From Mobula hypostoma (taxonomy: Eukaryota): a stretch of DNA of 64,000 bases. Under the pieces are notes generated by a model. That model ran no database searches and had not been told where the DNA came from. It saw only the letters and a list, made by a program, of their open reading frames with translations. Location of the stretch: assembly GCF_963921235.1 (NCBI RefSeq), contig NC_086097.1, forward strand, positions 206,896,001 through 206,960,000, read 5' to 3'. Both the position numbers and the translations under genes were made by a program. Below are positions 9,187 through 22,085 of this stretch, one piece after another; positions within the stretch are counted from its first letter, which is position 1; every line of letters begins with the position of its first letter.

Positions 9187-11576
9187 GAGTTTGTTAAGTC
9201 TGTCCAGGACGGATTCCTGTCACATTATATGGGCAGGCTGACTAGGGGGAATGCCATACTTGATCTAGTACTAGGTAATGAACCAGGTCAGGTCACAGAT
9301 CTCTCAGTGGGTGAGTATCTGGGGGACAGTGACCACCGCTCCCTGGCCTTTAGCATTATCATGGAAAAGGATAGAATCAGAGAGGACAGGAAAATTTTTA
9401 ATTGAGGAAGGGCAAATTATGAGGCTATAAGGCTAGAACTTGCGGGTGTGAATTGGGATGATGTATTTGCAGGGAAATGTACTATGGACATGTGGTCGAT
9501 GTTTAGAGATCTCTTGCAGGATGTTAGGGATAAATTTGTCCTGGTGAGGAAGATAAAGAATGGTAGGGTGAAGGAACCATGGGTGACAAGTGAGGTGGAA
9601 AATCTAGTCAGGTGGAAGAAGGCAGCATACATGAGGTTTAGGAAGCAGGAATAGGATGGGTCTATTGAGGAATATAAGGAAGCAAGAAAGCTTAAGAAGA
9701 GGCTGAGAAGAGCAAGAAGGGGGCATGAGAAGGCCTTGGCGAGTAGGGTAAAGGAAAACCACAAGGCATTCTTCAATTATGTGAAGAAAAAAAGGATGAC
9801 AGGAGTGAAGGTAGGAGCAATTAGAGATAAAGGGGGGAAGATGTGCCTGGAGGCTGTGGTATGAGCGAGGTCCTCAATGAATACTTCTCTTCGGTATTCA
9901 CCAATAAGAGGGAACTTGATGACAGTGAGGACAATATGAGTGAGGTTGATGTTCTGAAGCATATTGATATTAAGGGAGAGGAGGTGTTGGAGTTGTTAAA
10001 ATACATTAGGACGGATAAGGCCCCGGGGCCTGCCGGAATATTCCCCAGGCTGCTCCACGAGGCGAGGGAAGAGATTGCTGAGCCTCTGGCTAGGATCTGT
10101 ATGTCCTCGTTGTCCATGGGAATGGTACCGGAGGATTGAAGGGAGGCGAATGTTGTCCCCTTGTTCAAAAAAGGTAGTAGGGATAGTCCAGGTAATTATA
10201 GACCAGTGAGCCTTACGTCTGTGGTGGGAAAGCTGTTGGAAAAGATTCTTAGAGATAGGATCTCTGGGCATTTAGAGAATCATGGTCTGATCAGGGACAG
10301 TCAGCATGGCTTTGTGAAGGGCAGATCATGTCTAACAAGCCTGATAGAGTTCTTTGAGGAGGTAACCAGGCATATAGATGAGGGTAGTGCAGTGGATGTG
10401 ATCTATATAGATTTTAGTAAGGCATTTGACAAGGTTCCACACGGTAGGCTTATTCAGAAAGTTAGAAGGCATGGGATCCAGGGAAGTTTGGCCAGGTGGA
10501 TTCAGAATTGGCTTGCCTGCAGAAGGCAGAGGGTGGTGGTGGAGGGAGTACATTCAGATTGGAGGATTGTGACTAGTGGTGTCAAACAAGGATCAGTTCT
10601 GGGACCTCTACTTTTCATGATTTTTATTAACGACCTGGATGTGGGGGTAGAAGGGTGGGTTGGCAAGTTTGCAGATGACACAAAGGTTGGTGGTGTTGTA
10701 GATAGTGTAGAGGATTGTCAAAGATTGCAGAGAGACATCGATGGGATGCAGAAGTGGGCTGAGAAGTGGCAGATGGAGTTCAACCTGGAGAAGTGTGAGG
10801 TGGTACACTTTGGAAGGACAAACTCCAAGGTAGAGTACAAAGTAAATGGCAGGATACTTGGTAGTTTGGAGGAGCAGAGGGATCTGGGGGTACATGTCCA
10901 TAGATCCCTGAAAGTTGCCTCACAGGTGGATAGAGTAGTTAAGAAAGCTTATGGGGTGTTAGCTTTCATAAGTCGAGGGATAGAGTTTAAGAGTCGTGAT
11001 GTAATGATGCAGCTCTATAAAACTCTGGTTAGGTCACACTTGGAGTGCTGTGTCCAGTTCTGGTCGCCTCACTATAGGAAGGATGTGGGAGCATTGGAAA
11101 GGGTACAGAGGAGATTTACCAGGATGCTGCCTGGTTTAGAGAGTATGCATTATGGTCAGAGATTAAGGGAGCTAGGGCTTTACTCTTTGGAGAGAAGGAG
11201 GATGAGAGGAGACATGATAGAGGTGTAGAAGATAATAAGAGGAATAGATAGAGTGGATAGCCAGCGCCTCTTCCCCAGGGCTCCACTGCTCAATACAAGA
11301 GGACATGGCTTTAAGGTAAGGGGTGGGAAGTTCAAGGGGGATACTAGAGGAAGGTTTTTTACTCAGAGAGTGGTTGGCGCATGGAATGCATTGCCTGAGT
11401 CGGTGGTGGAGGCAGATAAACTAGTGAAGTTTAAGAGACTACTAGACAGGTATATGGAGGAATTTACGGTGGGGGCTTATACGGGAGGCAGGGTTTGAGG
11501 GTCGGCACAACATTGTGGGCCGAAGGGCCTGTACTGTGCTGTACTATTCTATGTTCTATGTTCTATGTTCTATGTT
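9187..11576 (+). mobile_element. CR1 LINE, 5'-truncated, disrupted ORF2, (TTCTATG)n tail
   Basis: ORF pieces 9448-9654, 9843-10139, 10161-11228 (RT: FADDTKV), 11253-11498; tail about 11547-11576. Confidence 0.93.
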
Positions 11577-12389
11577 TACTGTTCTATTAGCAATAAGTCA
11601 GGAAACATAAGAGGTTAATGTGAACTAATGAAGACAATTGCATAACTCAAAAAGCAATTGAGTCAGTTACTTTTGGCTGCACTGACAGCCACATTCTGTC
11701 AGTCAAATGAAGGCAGCATCGTTTGCCTCTCAAAAGTTTCTAAGTTTATTCTGCAGGTGAAATTAGTTACCTTATTAATTTGACAAAAATTAGAGTGAAC
11801 TTAATTTAAGTATTATATTTAAAAGACATTTTCTTAAGCCTGTTAAATATGTATATTTCTACAGTGATGGTATAATTGTGACTGTAGCTAAGAAAAACAT
11901 GCCTTGAGCTGAGTCGAACTGAGATTGCAAAAGGCTACGGAATTCCTCAAGGACCTTTGTGTCAAAAGCTAATGTGTTTCAAATTTTAGTAATGCTGAAA
12001 ATGAAAAATAATATGTTGCAGACAAAGATTTAATTGAAAGTTGTAGAAGTTGGAGATAATAGTTAGGAACTACTAAAGAATCCAATGATTGGCAAGTCCT
12101 GTCGATAAACAGAGGTAATTAATGCTTGGATCCGGAAGCCCCCAGGTTAGCGAATCCAGAGGCTGAAGATCGAGGCCAGCAAGTCCAGAGGTCAAAGGCC
12201 TGAAGTCTCCAAGTCTGCGAGTCCAGGACCAATGACTGGTGGTCAGAGGCCTGGAGGCAGCTTGTCTGTGTGTGTGGGTAGGTGAGAGGATGGGAAAGGG
12301 GCTTGTTTAACTGTTGCTTTGTTTTGTTGTTGTTTTTGTCATCGCTTTTGTTGTTCTGCTAAATATTGTGAGCATGCTGAAAAACAACT

Positions 12390-12610
12390 AAATTTGCAAA
12401 CAAAGACAAAGTGTGTAAATAAAACATAAGTAAATAAATAATACTGAAAACATGAGATGTAGTTCTTGAAAGTGGGCCCATTGGTTGTGGAACCAGTTCA
12501 TTTTTGAGGTCACTGAAGTTATCCACACTGATGAGCCTAATTGTTGAGGGATAATAACCGTCACTTGAACCTGGAGGTGTGGGATCTAAGGCTCCTGTAC
12601 CACTTCATCA
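12390..12610 (-). mobile_element. Degenerate Rex1/Babar-like LINE 3' fragment
   Basis: Resembles the 3' ends of the other Rex-like copies (..ttgaacctggaggtgtgggatctaaggctcctgtacc..). Confidence 0.4.
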
Positions 12611-14228
12611 ATATTGTATAATCTCCACAATGAAATTATTAGTAGCGTGCTGCTCCACCATTGTATGCAATTTTAGGAGGGGATCAATAGGAAAGATCAT
12701 TCTTAGCATTGAAATGCTATTAGAGCACATCCTGTTCTTGGCCAGAAATAGGAATTGAGGACATGAGATCGCATAGTTCGGCTGCAGGAGATTCTACCTA
12801 TGATTCTATTTATAATGCATAGAGGTCCACTTGCTTAATTAACTGATTTATTAGCAGGCACATCAAAGATTTGTGCATCAGAACTCTCATTCCTTTATTC
12901 TCCTACACTCCCTCTATACTGCTTTCATGTCAGTTTGTTTATCTGCTGAAAAATAATGGAGGAACTGCACTTTTCTGAGTATTAAAACAACTGGACGACC
13001 ATCACCTCATCCCTTGTACAAGATCCTGTCACCAAAAGTTTGTTCTTATCTGATCTCAAGTTAAAAGCATTGATTTCTTAACTGAAATAAACTGGTGAAA
13101 GACGACGGAACTAATAGAATCATTGAGGTATATGCTGTGAAAACAATAGAGTATCTGGAAAAAAGTTTTGAAAGGTTCTGAAATTATTTTTACTATTATT
13201 CTTTTTTCATTAGGTAAGCCTAAAGTAAAATCACAACTAGAAATGCTTTACAATCAATGTTAACTGGGCAGAATTGGTAGAGATATTTTTAACTGTGTCC
13301 AAACTGTATATTGAATTGACTTTATTTCTTACATCCTTCACATACATGAGGAGTACAGGTGTCCCCCACTTTTTGAACGTTCGCTTTACGAAACCTCGCT
13401 GTTACGAAAGACCTACATTAGTTACCTGTTTTCACTAACAGAAGGTGTTTTCATTGTTACGAGAAAAGGCAGCGCACGAAAAAAGCAGCGCGCGATAAAA
13501 GGCAGCGCACCCCCAGCAGCCAAGCTCCTCCTCCAGATCTGCATTCTAGCCAGCATTGCTTAAACACGTGCCTGTGAGCAGCCGTTAGCAAGGTGAGTTC
13601 TAAGGTATCGGAAAAACCTAAACGAGCTCATAAGTGTGTTACACTTAGCATAAAACTAGACATAATTAAGCATTTCGATCGTGGTGAACAAAGTAAGGGC
13701 AAAGTGAGTTTGGCTTGTGGAAGTTGACGAAGATGATGTTGAAGAGGTTTTGGCATTCCATGACCAAGAACTGATAGGTGAAGAGCTGATGCCATTGGAC
13801 GAGGAAAGGATAACAATCGAAACCAAATGCAGTAGTGAACGGACCAAAGGTGAAGTCGTCCAGGAACTGAATGTGAAGCAACTGCATGAGATTTTCGCTG
13901 CAATGATTGCAGAAAAGTACAACTTTAATTTTGAAAGGATACGTAGGTTTAGGGCCTATCTGCAAGATGGTTTGCGTGCTTGCAAAGAACTGCATGATAG
14001 AAAAATACGCGAGGATAAGCAGTCAAGTATACTGTCGTTTTTCAAGCCTTCCACATCAGCCACAGCAGACGATGAAACACGACCTTTGACATTGAGGCAG
14101 GCAGACATAGAAGAAGATGACCTGCCTGCCCTGATGGAAACAGATGACAATGAGATGACACCCCAGTGTCCCACCACCCCAACCCCCGGGCCGCAGACCG
14201 ATACATTGCTGCAGAGAATGCAGCGTAA

Positions 14229-14739
14229 AGGCTGATTTATACTTCTGCGTCAACTCGACGCCGTAATCTATGCAAGTGACCTATGCGCGTTGTGAGCATT
14301 TATACTTGTGCGCTAGTGTGACTGCGTCGCTCTGCAATTCACACATGTCATGCATGCGCACACACCTGCCCGTGCAAGGCTTCATGGTCATGGTAGTCTT
14401 TCTGGGGGTAAACAAAAAGCGAGCACCTTTTTTCATAAAAGCGCAATGTGTCCTCCATAATTTTGGAAGTCTATAAAGCTTTATGGAGAGCACTGCAGCA
14501 AGAGTTCCTTCCCTGCCCTTCAGCCACCCAATGGGAAGCTATTGCAGCGTAGGAGGAAAAGTGATGCTACCAATCGGACTAATCACAGCTGTTGCAGTTT
14601 ACGTTGCCACGATGTGTAGTTACATTTTGGGAGAGGTGCATGTCAGGCTACGGCGTAGGGATCCGTGTAGGCATTGCATAGGGTTCGTGGCTATGCCGTA
14701 CCTGCGGCGTCGAGTTGATACAGAAGTATAAATCAGCCT
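14229..14739. mobile_element. MITE with ~35-bp TIRs, PIF/Harbinger-like
   Basis: aggctgatttatacttctgcgtcaactcgacgccg ... cggcgtcgagttgatacagaagtataaatcagcct; flanks gta(a)/gta; no coding capacity. Confidence 0.75.
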
Positions 14740-14740
14740 G

Positions 14741-14972
14741 TAGCCGGGACACACCCAGCACATCTTTAAGAAAAGAGCCGAAGTAAACAAGCTAATTAAT
14801 TAGGTGCCACCCGGCACGTAAATGTCGGCCCAGATCGGAGGCGATTGCCAATTGCGTCGCCTCTGATCTGGGCCGACATTTACATGCCGGGCGGCACCTA
14901 ATTAATTAGCTTGTTTATTTTGGCTTTTTTCTTAAAGATGTTCTGGGTGCGTCCTGGCTACTGCTGCATTCT
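14741..14972. repeat. Long near-perfect palindrome (~105-bp arms) inside the Tigger element
   Basis: 14741-14844 is the reverse complement of about 14857-14960. The left arm continues at 14214-14224 (gagaatgcagc), beyond the MITE, matching gctgcattctc at 14963-14973. Confidence 0.9.
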
Positions 14973-16724
14973 CCACTGCACCACCCAACATCCGACGACT
15001 CAGCCTAACACACCATCATCAGTGTGCTCTGCGCTGTCTTCCCAATTCCGGTAAGTGATACTACACTGTACATATATTATTTCTACTTTATATAGGCTAT
15101 GTATTTTTATGTGTTATTTGGTATGATGTGGCAGCTTCATAGCTTAAAGGTTACTGGAGAGCGTGTTTCTGCCGAGAGCGCTTACATGAGATTTTCGCTA
15201 CGGAGAACAGTGCAGCGATGATTGTAGAAAAGTATTTCTACTTTATATAGGCTGTGTATTTATCATATCATTCCTGCTTTTACTATATGTTACTGTTATT
15301 TTAGGTTTTATGTGTTATTTGGCATAATTTGGTAGGTTATTTTTTGGGTCTGCGAACGCTCACAAATTTTTCCCATATAAATAAATGGTAACTGCTTCTT
15401 CACTTTACAACATTCTGGCTTACGAACTGTTTCATAGGAATGCTCTATCTTTTTATGGAGGGGGAAACCTGTATAAATCTTTAGGTTACATGTTAAATGT
15501 GCAATGTGCAATCATGGTAATTTATAATAATTTATAATAAATAGAACAGCCAGTGTAATGTACACTCAAATCAGCGTGAGTTCATCAGTCTGATGACCTG
15601 GTGGAAGAAGCTGTCCTAGAGCCTACTGGTCCTGGCTTTTATGCTGCAGTACTGCTTCACGGATGGTAGCAGCTGGCATAGATTGTAGTTGGGATGGCTT
15701 GGGTCCCCAATGATCCTTCAGACCCTCTTTACACATCTGTCCTTGTAAATGTCCTGAATCATGGAAAGTTCACAACTACAGATGTGCTGGGCTGTCCACA
15801 CCACTCTCTGCAAAGTCCTGCAATTTAATGGAGGTACGGTTCCCATACCAGGCAGTGATGCAGCCAGTCAGGATGCTTTTAATTGTACCCCTGTAGAAAG
15901 TTCTTAGGATTTGGGGGCCTGTACCAAACTTCCTCAACTGTCTGAGGTGAAAGAGGCGCCGTTGTGCCTTTATCACCACACAGCTGGTGTGTACAGACCA
16001 CGTGAGGTCCTCGATGATGTGAGTGCCAAGGAACTTAAAGCTGTTCACCTCTCAACCCCAGATCCATTGATGTCAATAGGGGTTAGCCTGTCTCCATTCC
16101 TCTTGTAATCCACAACCAGCTCCTTTGTATTTGCGACATTGAGGGAGAGGTTGTTTTCTTGACACCGCTGTGTCAGAGAGATGACTTCTTCCCTGTAGGC
16201 CACCTCATTATTGTTTGAGATAAGACCAATCAATGTAGTGTCGTCGGCAAATTTAATTAGCAGTTTGGAGCTGTGGGTGGCGATGCAGTCATGGGTATAC
16301 AGGGAGTGAAGGAGGGGACTCAGTACACAGCCCTGAGGGGCTTCTGTATTGAGAGTCAGAGGGGTGGAGGTGAGGGAACTCACTCTTACAACCTGCTGGT
16401 GATCTGACAGGAAGTCCAGGATCCAGCTGCACAAGGCAGGGTCAAGGCGGAGGTCTCTGAGCTTCTTGTTGAGACTGGATGGAACTATGGTGTTGAATGC
16501 TGAACTGTAGTCCAAGAACAGCATTCTCACAACAGCATCCTTCTTCTCCAGATGTGTAAGGACGGTATGTAGAGCAGTGGCTATTGTGTCGTCATCGATT
16601 GGTTGTATCTGTAGGCGAATTGTAGGGGTTCCAGTTTGGGTGGTAACAAGCCGCAGATGTAACTAAATCATGTCTACAACTCAAATATTGATGAGCTATA
16701 ATATTAAATAACCTTATTCTTGTG

Positions 16725-17070
16725 ACAGGTGTCATACAGAAGTACAGCACAGAAACAGGCTCATTGGCCCAACTAGTCCATGCCAAAACCATTTAAACTG
16801 CCTACTCCCATCGACCTGAACCCGGACTTCCATACCCCTAACATGTACCTACCCAAACTTCCCTTAAACATTGAAATCAAGCTCATGTGCACCAGCTGCA
16901 CTGGCAGCTCATGACCCTCTGAGTGAAGAAGTTTCTGCTCAAGCTCCTCTTAATCTTTTCACCTTTCACACTTAACCCATGACCTCTGGTTATAGTCCCA
17001 TCCAACTGCAGTGGAAAAAGCCTTACATTTACCCTATTGATAATTTTCTATGCCTCTATCAAATCTCCTC
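16725..17070 (-). mobile_element. CR1 3' end fragment
   Basis: Reverse complement of the ORF2 C-terminus and 3'UTR, similar to 28880-29260. Confidence 0.75.
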
Positions 17071-17794
17071 CATTAGGGAACACTAGCTCAGGGCCACTCA
17101 CGTTGGAACGACTATGGACGAGACGCCAGACGAAGATCAATGCAACCCCGGGTCCTGAAGTGACAGACTTGTGTCTGCCCCTCCCCGCCCACAAAAACAA
17201 GTGTGTCAATTAGTCTTGTGTCATAATAAAAGATCAACAGTTTTGTAGCAATTCCTAGAAAGAATGTTTTTTTAAAATTCTTGTATCTTTCATCTGATGC
17301 TGCAGAAACAATGGTGATTGAATTGTGACAGTTTTATAGATTAATGCTACTTTGCGGAGCAAAGTATTTTCAAATTGGCTTGAAAATACATACTTAGAAT
17401 ACTTCAAATATTCATTTGATCTGTCTGCATTAAAAGCTGATAGCATCAAAGTATAATGGTTCAAATAATTATTTTCAAAATGTTTCATATATTGGATTTC
17501 TTTAATGCAGATGTTTTACCACTTTTTATTCCAGTATAATCTTATCAGATGTTGGTTATCAGTTGTGGTTTGCTAAAGTCAACATTGCTTTGTTCCCTTC
17601 TGGTTAGTGTTTGCAAATTAAATGTGGCAGCTTGCAAAGACCAGGCATTTTCATTTGAATCTAACCAGCCAATTCATAGCGAGAGTCACGAGACAGTGAT
17701 CAGAACTAGTAAATCAGTAGTAAGTGTCACGTGACCAGCAACAGTGAATATATAATTGAGTCAAGTTTTATAAACAAACACAAACATTTATTAA

Positions 17795-20642
17795 CGCAAA
17801 CAACAGGAACTCTGCAAATGCTGGAAATTCAAGCAACACACATCAAAGTTGCTGGTGAACGCAGCAGGCCAGGCAGCATCTGTAGGAAGAGGTGCAGTCG
17901 ACGTTTCAGGCCGAGACCATTCGTCAGGACTAACTGAAGGAAGAGTGAGTAAGGGATTTGAAAGTTGGAGGGGGAGGGGGAGATCCAAAATGATAGGAGA
18001 AGACAGGAGGGGGAGGGATAGAGCCAAGAGCTGGACAGGTGATTTGCAAAAGGAATATGAGAGGATCATGGGACAGGAGGTCCGGGAAGAAAGACAAGGG
18101 GGTGGGGACCCAGAGGATGGGCAAAAGGTATATTCAGAGGGACAGAGGGAGAAAAAGGAGAGTGAGAGAAAGAATGTGTGCATAAAAATAAGTAACAGAT
18201 GGGGTACGAGGGGGAGGTGGGGCCTTAGCGGAAGTTAGAGAAGTCGATGTTCATGCCATCAGGTTGGAGGCTACCCAGACGGAATATAAGGTGTTGTTCC
18301 TCCAACCTGAGTGTGGCTTCATCTTTACCGTAGAGGAGGCCGTGGATAGACATGTCAGAATGGGAATGGGATGTGGAATTAAAATGTGTGGCCACTGGGA
18401 GATCCTGCTTTCTCTGGCAGACAGAGCGTAGATGTTCAGCAAAGCGGTCTCCCAGTCTGTGTCGGGTCTCGCCAATATATAAAAGGCCACATCGGGAGCA
18501 CCAGACGCAGTATATCACCCTAGTCGACTCACAGGTGAAGTGTTGCCTCACCTGGAAGGACTGTTTGGGGCCCTGAATGGTGGTAAGGGAGGAAGTGTAG
18601 GGGCATGTGTAGCACTTGTTCCGCTTACACGGCTAAGTGCCAGGAGGGAGATCAGTGGGGAGGGATGGGGGGGACGAATGGACAAGGGAGTTGCGTAGGG
18701 AGCGATCCCTGCGGAATGCAGAGAGAGGCGGGGGAGGGAAAGATGTGCTTAGTGGTGGGATCCCGTTGGAGGTGGTGGAAGTTACGGAGAATAATATGTT
18801 GGACCCGGAGGCTGGTGGGGTGGTAGGTGAGGACCAGGGGAACCCTATTCCTAGTGGGGTGGCGGGAGGATGGAGTGAGAGCAGATGTACGTGAAATGGG
18901 GGAGATGCGTTTAAGAGCAGAGTTGATAGTGGAGGAAGGGAAGCCCCTTTCTTTAAAAAATGGAAGACATCTCCCTCGTCCTAGAATGAAAAGCCTCATC
19001 CTGAGAGCAGATGCGGCGGAGACGGAGGAAATGCGAGAAGGGGATGGCGTTTTTGCAAGAGACAGGGTGAGAAGAGGAATAGTCCAGATAGCTGTGAGAG
19101 TCAGTAAGCTTATAGTAGACATCAGTGGATAAGCTGTCTCCAGAGACAGAGACAGAAAGATCTAGAAAGGGGAGGGAGGTGTCGGAAATGGACCAGGTAA
19201 ACTTGAGGGCAGGGTGAAAGTTGGAGGCAAAGTTAATAAAGTCAACGAGTTCTGCATGCGTGCAGGAAGCAGCGCCAATGCAGTCGTCGATGTAGCGAAG
19301 GAAAAGTGGGGGACAGATACCAGAATAGGCACGGAACATAGATTGTTCCACAAACCCAACAAAAAGGCAGGAATAGCTAGGACCCATACGGGTGCCCATA
19401 GCTACACCTTTAGTTTGGAGGAAGTGGGAGGAGCCAAAGGAGAAATTATTAAGAGTAAGGACTAATTCCGCTAAACGGAGCAGAGTGGTGGTAGAGGGGA
19501 ACTGATTAGGTCTGGAAGCCAAAAAGAAGCGTAGAGCTTTGAGACCTTCCTGATGGGGGATGGAAGTATATAAGGACTGGACATCCATGGTGAAAATAAA
19601 GCGGTGGGGGCCAGGGAACTTAAAATCATCAAAAAGTTTAAGAATGTGAGAAGTGTCACGAACATAGGTCAGAAGGGATTGAACAAGGGGTGATAAAACC
19701 GTGTCAAGGTATGCAGAAACAAGTTCAGTGGGGCAGGAGCAGGCTGAGACAATAGGTCGGCCAGGACAGGCAGGTTTGTGGATCTTGGGTAGGAGGTAGA
19801 AACGGGAAGTGCGGGGTGTGGGAACTATAAGGTTGGTAGCAGTGGATGGGAGATCCCCTGAGCAGATAAAGTCGGTGATGGTGTGGGAGACAATGGCCTG
19901 GTGCTCCTTAGTGGGGTCACGATCGAGGAGTAAATAAGAGGAGGTATCCGCGAGTTGTCGCTGTGCCTTGGCAAGGTAGAAGTCAGTACGCCAGACTACA
20001 ACAGCACCCCCCTTGCCGGCGGGTTTAATAATAATGTTAGGATTAGTGCGGAGGGAGTGGAGAGCAGAGCGTTCCGAAGGAGTGAGGTTGGAATGGGGAC
20101 AAGGTGCGGTGAAGTCGAGACGGTTGATGTCCCGTCGGCAATTAGTGATAAAGAGATCCAGAGCAGGCAGAAGACCAGAGCGGGGTGTCCATGAAGAAGA
20201 GGAGGGTTGAAGACGGGAGAAGGGGTCATCGGTGGGGGTGGAAGAGTCCTTGCCGAAGAAGTAGGCTCGGAGACGGAGACGGTGGAAGAAAAGTTCTGCA
20301 TCATGGCGAACACGGAACTCGCTGAGGTGTGGGCGAAGGTGGACAAACGCGAGGCCCTTACTGAGGACAGAGCGCTCTGCTTCCGACAGTTGAAGGTCGG
20401 AGGGGATGGTAAAGTCCCGGCACGGATGAGAGCTGGGATCAGAGGGGGGAGGGGGGAGGCTGGGGGTGTCAATGGAGAGGGGAGGGATGGGGTGAGAGGA
20501 AGATGGAGCCTTTGAGGGCCCAGGAGTTGACGGTGGGATCTGAGGAAGACGGGGCTGCGGAGTGGTGGTGGGGGAAGGGAAGACGGGAGTCACAACAGCA
20601 GCACATAAAGACCCGGCCTGGAGTTCAAGGCTGGAGTTGCAG
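17795..20642 (-). mobile_element. Penelope-like retroelement, 5'-truncated: RT + GIY-YIG endonuclease + pLTR
   Basis: ORF 18953-20593 (FYLLPKIHK, MDVQSLYTSIPH, GVAMGTRMGP, RYIDDC); frameshifted continuation 18652-19122 and 18225-18551 (VIYCVWCSRCGLLYIGETRHRLGDRFAEH); TSD TTATTAA (17788-17794, 20643-20649). Confidence 0.93.
17896..17931 (-). ncRNA. Minimal type I hammerhead ribozyme (Penelope pLTR)
   Basis: agtc-CTGACGA-atggtctcggcct-GAAAC-GTC-gact; core intact, one mismatch in stem II. Confidence 0.72.
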
Positions 20643-21441
20643 TTATTAAACTCTGTTCAGCAAAAGCGAAAAGTATTCAAACGACTAACTTAACAGGAAG
20701 TTAACTGCTATATGGCAACTCTGGAACAGTTCTTAAAGTGGTAAATTTGAACACAGTTCTTAAAGTGGTAAATTCGGAAGTCCAAGTGATTTACACAGTC
20801 AATAAGGAAAGACTTCTCTGGAAACGGATTTCTTCAAAGACATGACGTTACCGCTGATTCTGTCCAAAGGATTCACGACAAAGGAAATATAATAGCTTAA
20901 AGGAACTGACCTTTTCCCTGGCGAATGATCACTGCAAAAACCTTCCTGATCTTACAGGGGTTACCTCAGATGCAGGTCACTACCTCTGAACGAAGATTCA
21001 ATAAGGTCGATCTTGTATTAAACCACCGAACAACACCAACTTTACCCGATTCTTCAGGCTCCCGTACTTTGGTGAGGTCTTCACTCTCCAGTACTAGACT
21101 GTAAAGGTATATCAGAGGTGCAACACACAAAAACTGGCAGCAGTTAGCAAAAACTGCCGGCACAACGATTTTACCTTACAATAAAAGTAAAACTCTACTT
21201 TAAAACAAAACTGCGTCATGAGACGAATAGGCAGCATAACGGAGTAACTGACAAATTAACGAAAACTAACTGCGTCACAACTGGGGTTTCCCATTATATA
21301 CCTGTTGAAAACATGTCATCACATGACCTCACACTGGCGGGACAATTACACCACCCCACCATCACAAGACCATCACATCATGCTCGCAAGATACTCAATT
21401 ACGTCATGGTCATAAGATACCCCCGAGGTATGTAACATAAG

Positions 21442-22085
21442 AAAATCAAATGCAATATTAGCATTTATGTTGAGGGGATGAGAACATAACAGCAAGGCTG
21501 TAATTCTGGGGCTTTATAATGATCAGATCATGTTTGGAGTATTGTGAGCAGTTTTGGGTCCCCAATCTAAGGAAAGGAAGGTATTAGTGTTGGAGATGGT
21601 CCGGTGGAGATTCGAAAGAATGATTCTGGGATGAAAGGGTTAACATAGGAGGAGTATTTGATGGTTCTGAGGTTTTGCTCAAAGGCTCTGGGCCAGTACT
21701 CGCTGGAGCTTAGAAGGATGAGGGAGGATCTCATTGAAACATACTTGGATAGGATGAAAATGGAGAGAATGTTTCCAGTCATGGGAGAGCCTAGAACCAG
21801 AGGACATTTCCTCAAAATAAAAGGGCAGCCCTTTAGAACAGAAATGAGGAGGAATTTATTTAGTCAGTTGCTGGTGAATCTGTGAGATTCATTGTCATAT
21901 ACAGCTATGGAGGTCAAGTCATTGAGTACATTTAAAGAGGAGATTCCTAAGTTATTGATTAGTAAGAATGCTGGAGCTTACGGGGAGAAGGCAGGTGAAT
22001 GAGGTTGAGAGGGAATAACAACTCAGGTGTGATTGATGGTGGAGCAGACTTGATGGGCAGAATGGCTTAATTCTGCTCCAATAGG
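21442..22085 (+). mobile_element. Degenerate CR1 3' fragment
   Basis: LEYCEQFWVPNLRK, YSLELRRMREDLIETY, PRTRGHFLKIKGQPFRTEMRRN, then 3'UTR. Confidence 0.85.

Larger units (their letters stand above)
13356..15471 (+). mobile_element. Tigger/pogo-like DNA transposon, internally deleted (no DDE core)
   Basis: TA TSD; ends CAGGTGTCCCCC..GGGGGAAACCTG. CENP-B-type HTH start (SSKVSEKPKRAHKCVTLSIKLDIIKHFDRGEQ) joins directly to a Tigger-like acidic C-terminus EVDEDDVEEVLAFHDQELIGEEL (ORF 13717-14235). Confidence 0.85.
13305..16665 (-). mobile_element. Rex1/Babar-like LINE RT fragment hosting a Tigger element in its 3'UTR
   Basis: ORFs 16045-16530 (RMLFLDYSSAFNTI, APQGCVLSPLL, KFADDTTLIGLI) and 15776-16048. 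3'UTR is continuous across the TA target at 13354/15472. Confidence 0.85.
17725..21437 (-). mobile_element. Solo LTR (~0.86 kb net) interrupted by a Penelope element
   Basis: Termini TGTCAC..GTAACA; 4-bp TSD TAAG (17721-17724, 21438-21441); minus-strand AATAAA at 17787-17792. Flanks rejoin into CR1 coding sequence KSVVRKSNAILAF. Confidence 0.8.

Noticed and set aside
17075..17240. GC-rich segment ending in AATAAA (retrocopy or LTR piece)
   Set aside because: No recognisable peptide, poly(A) tail or TSD.
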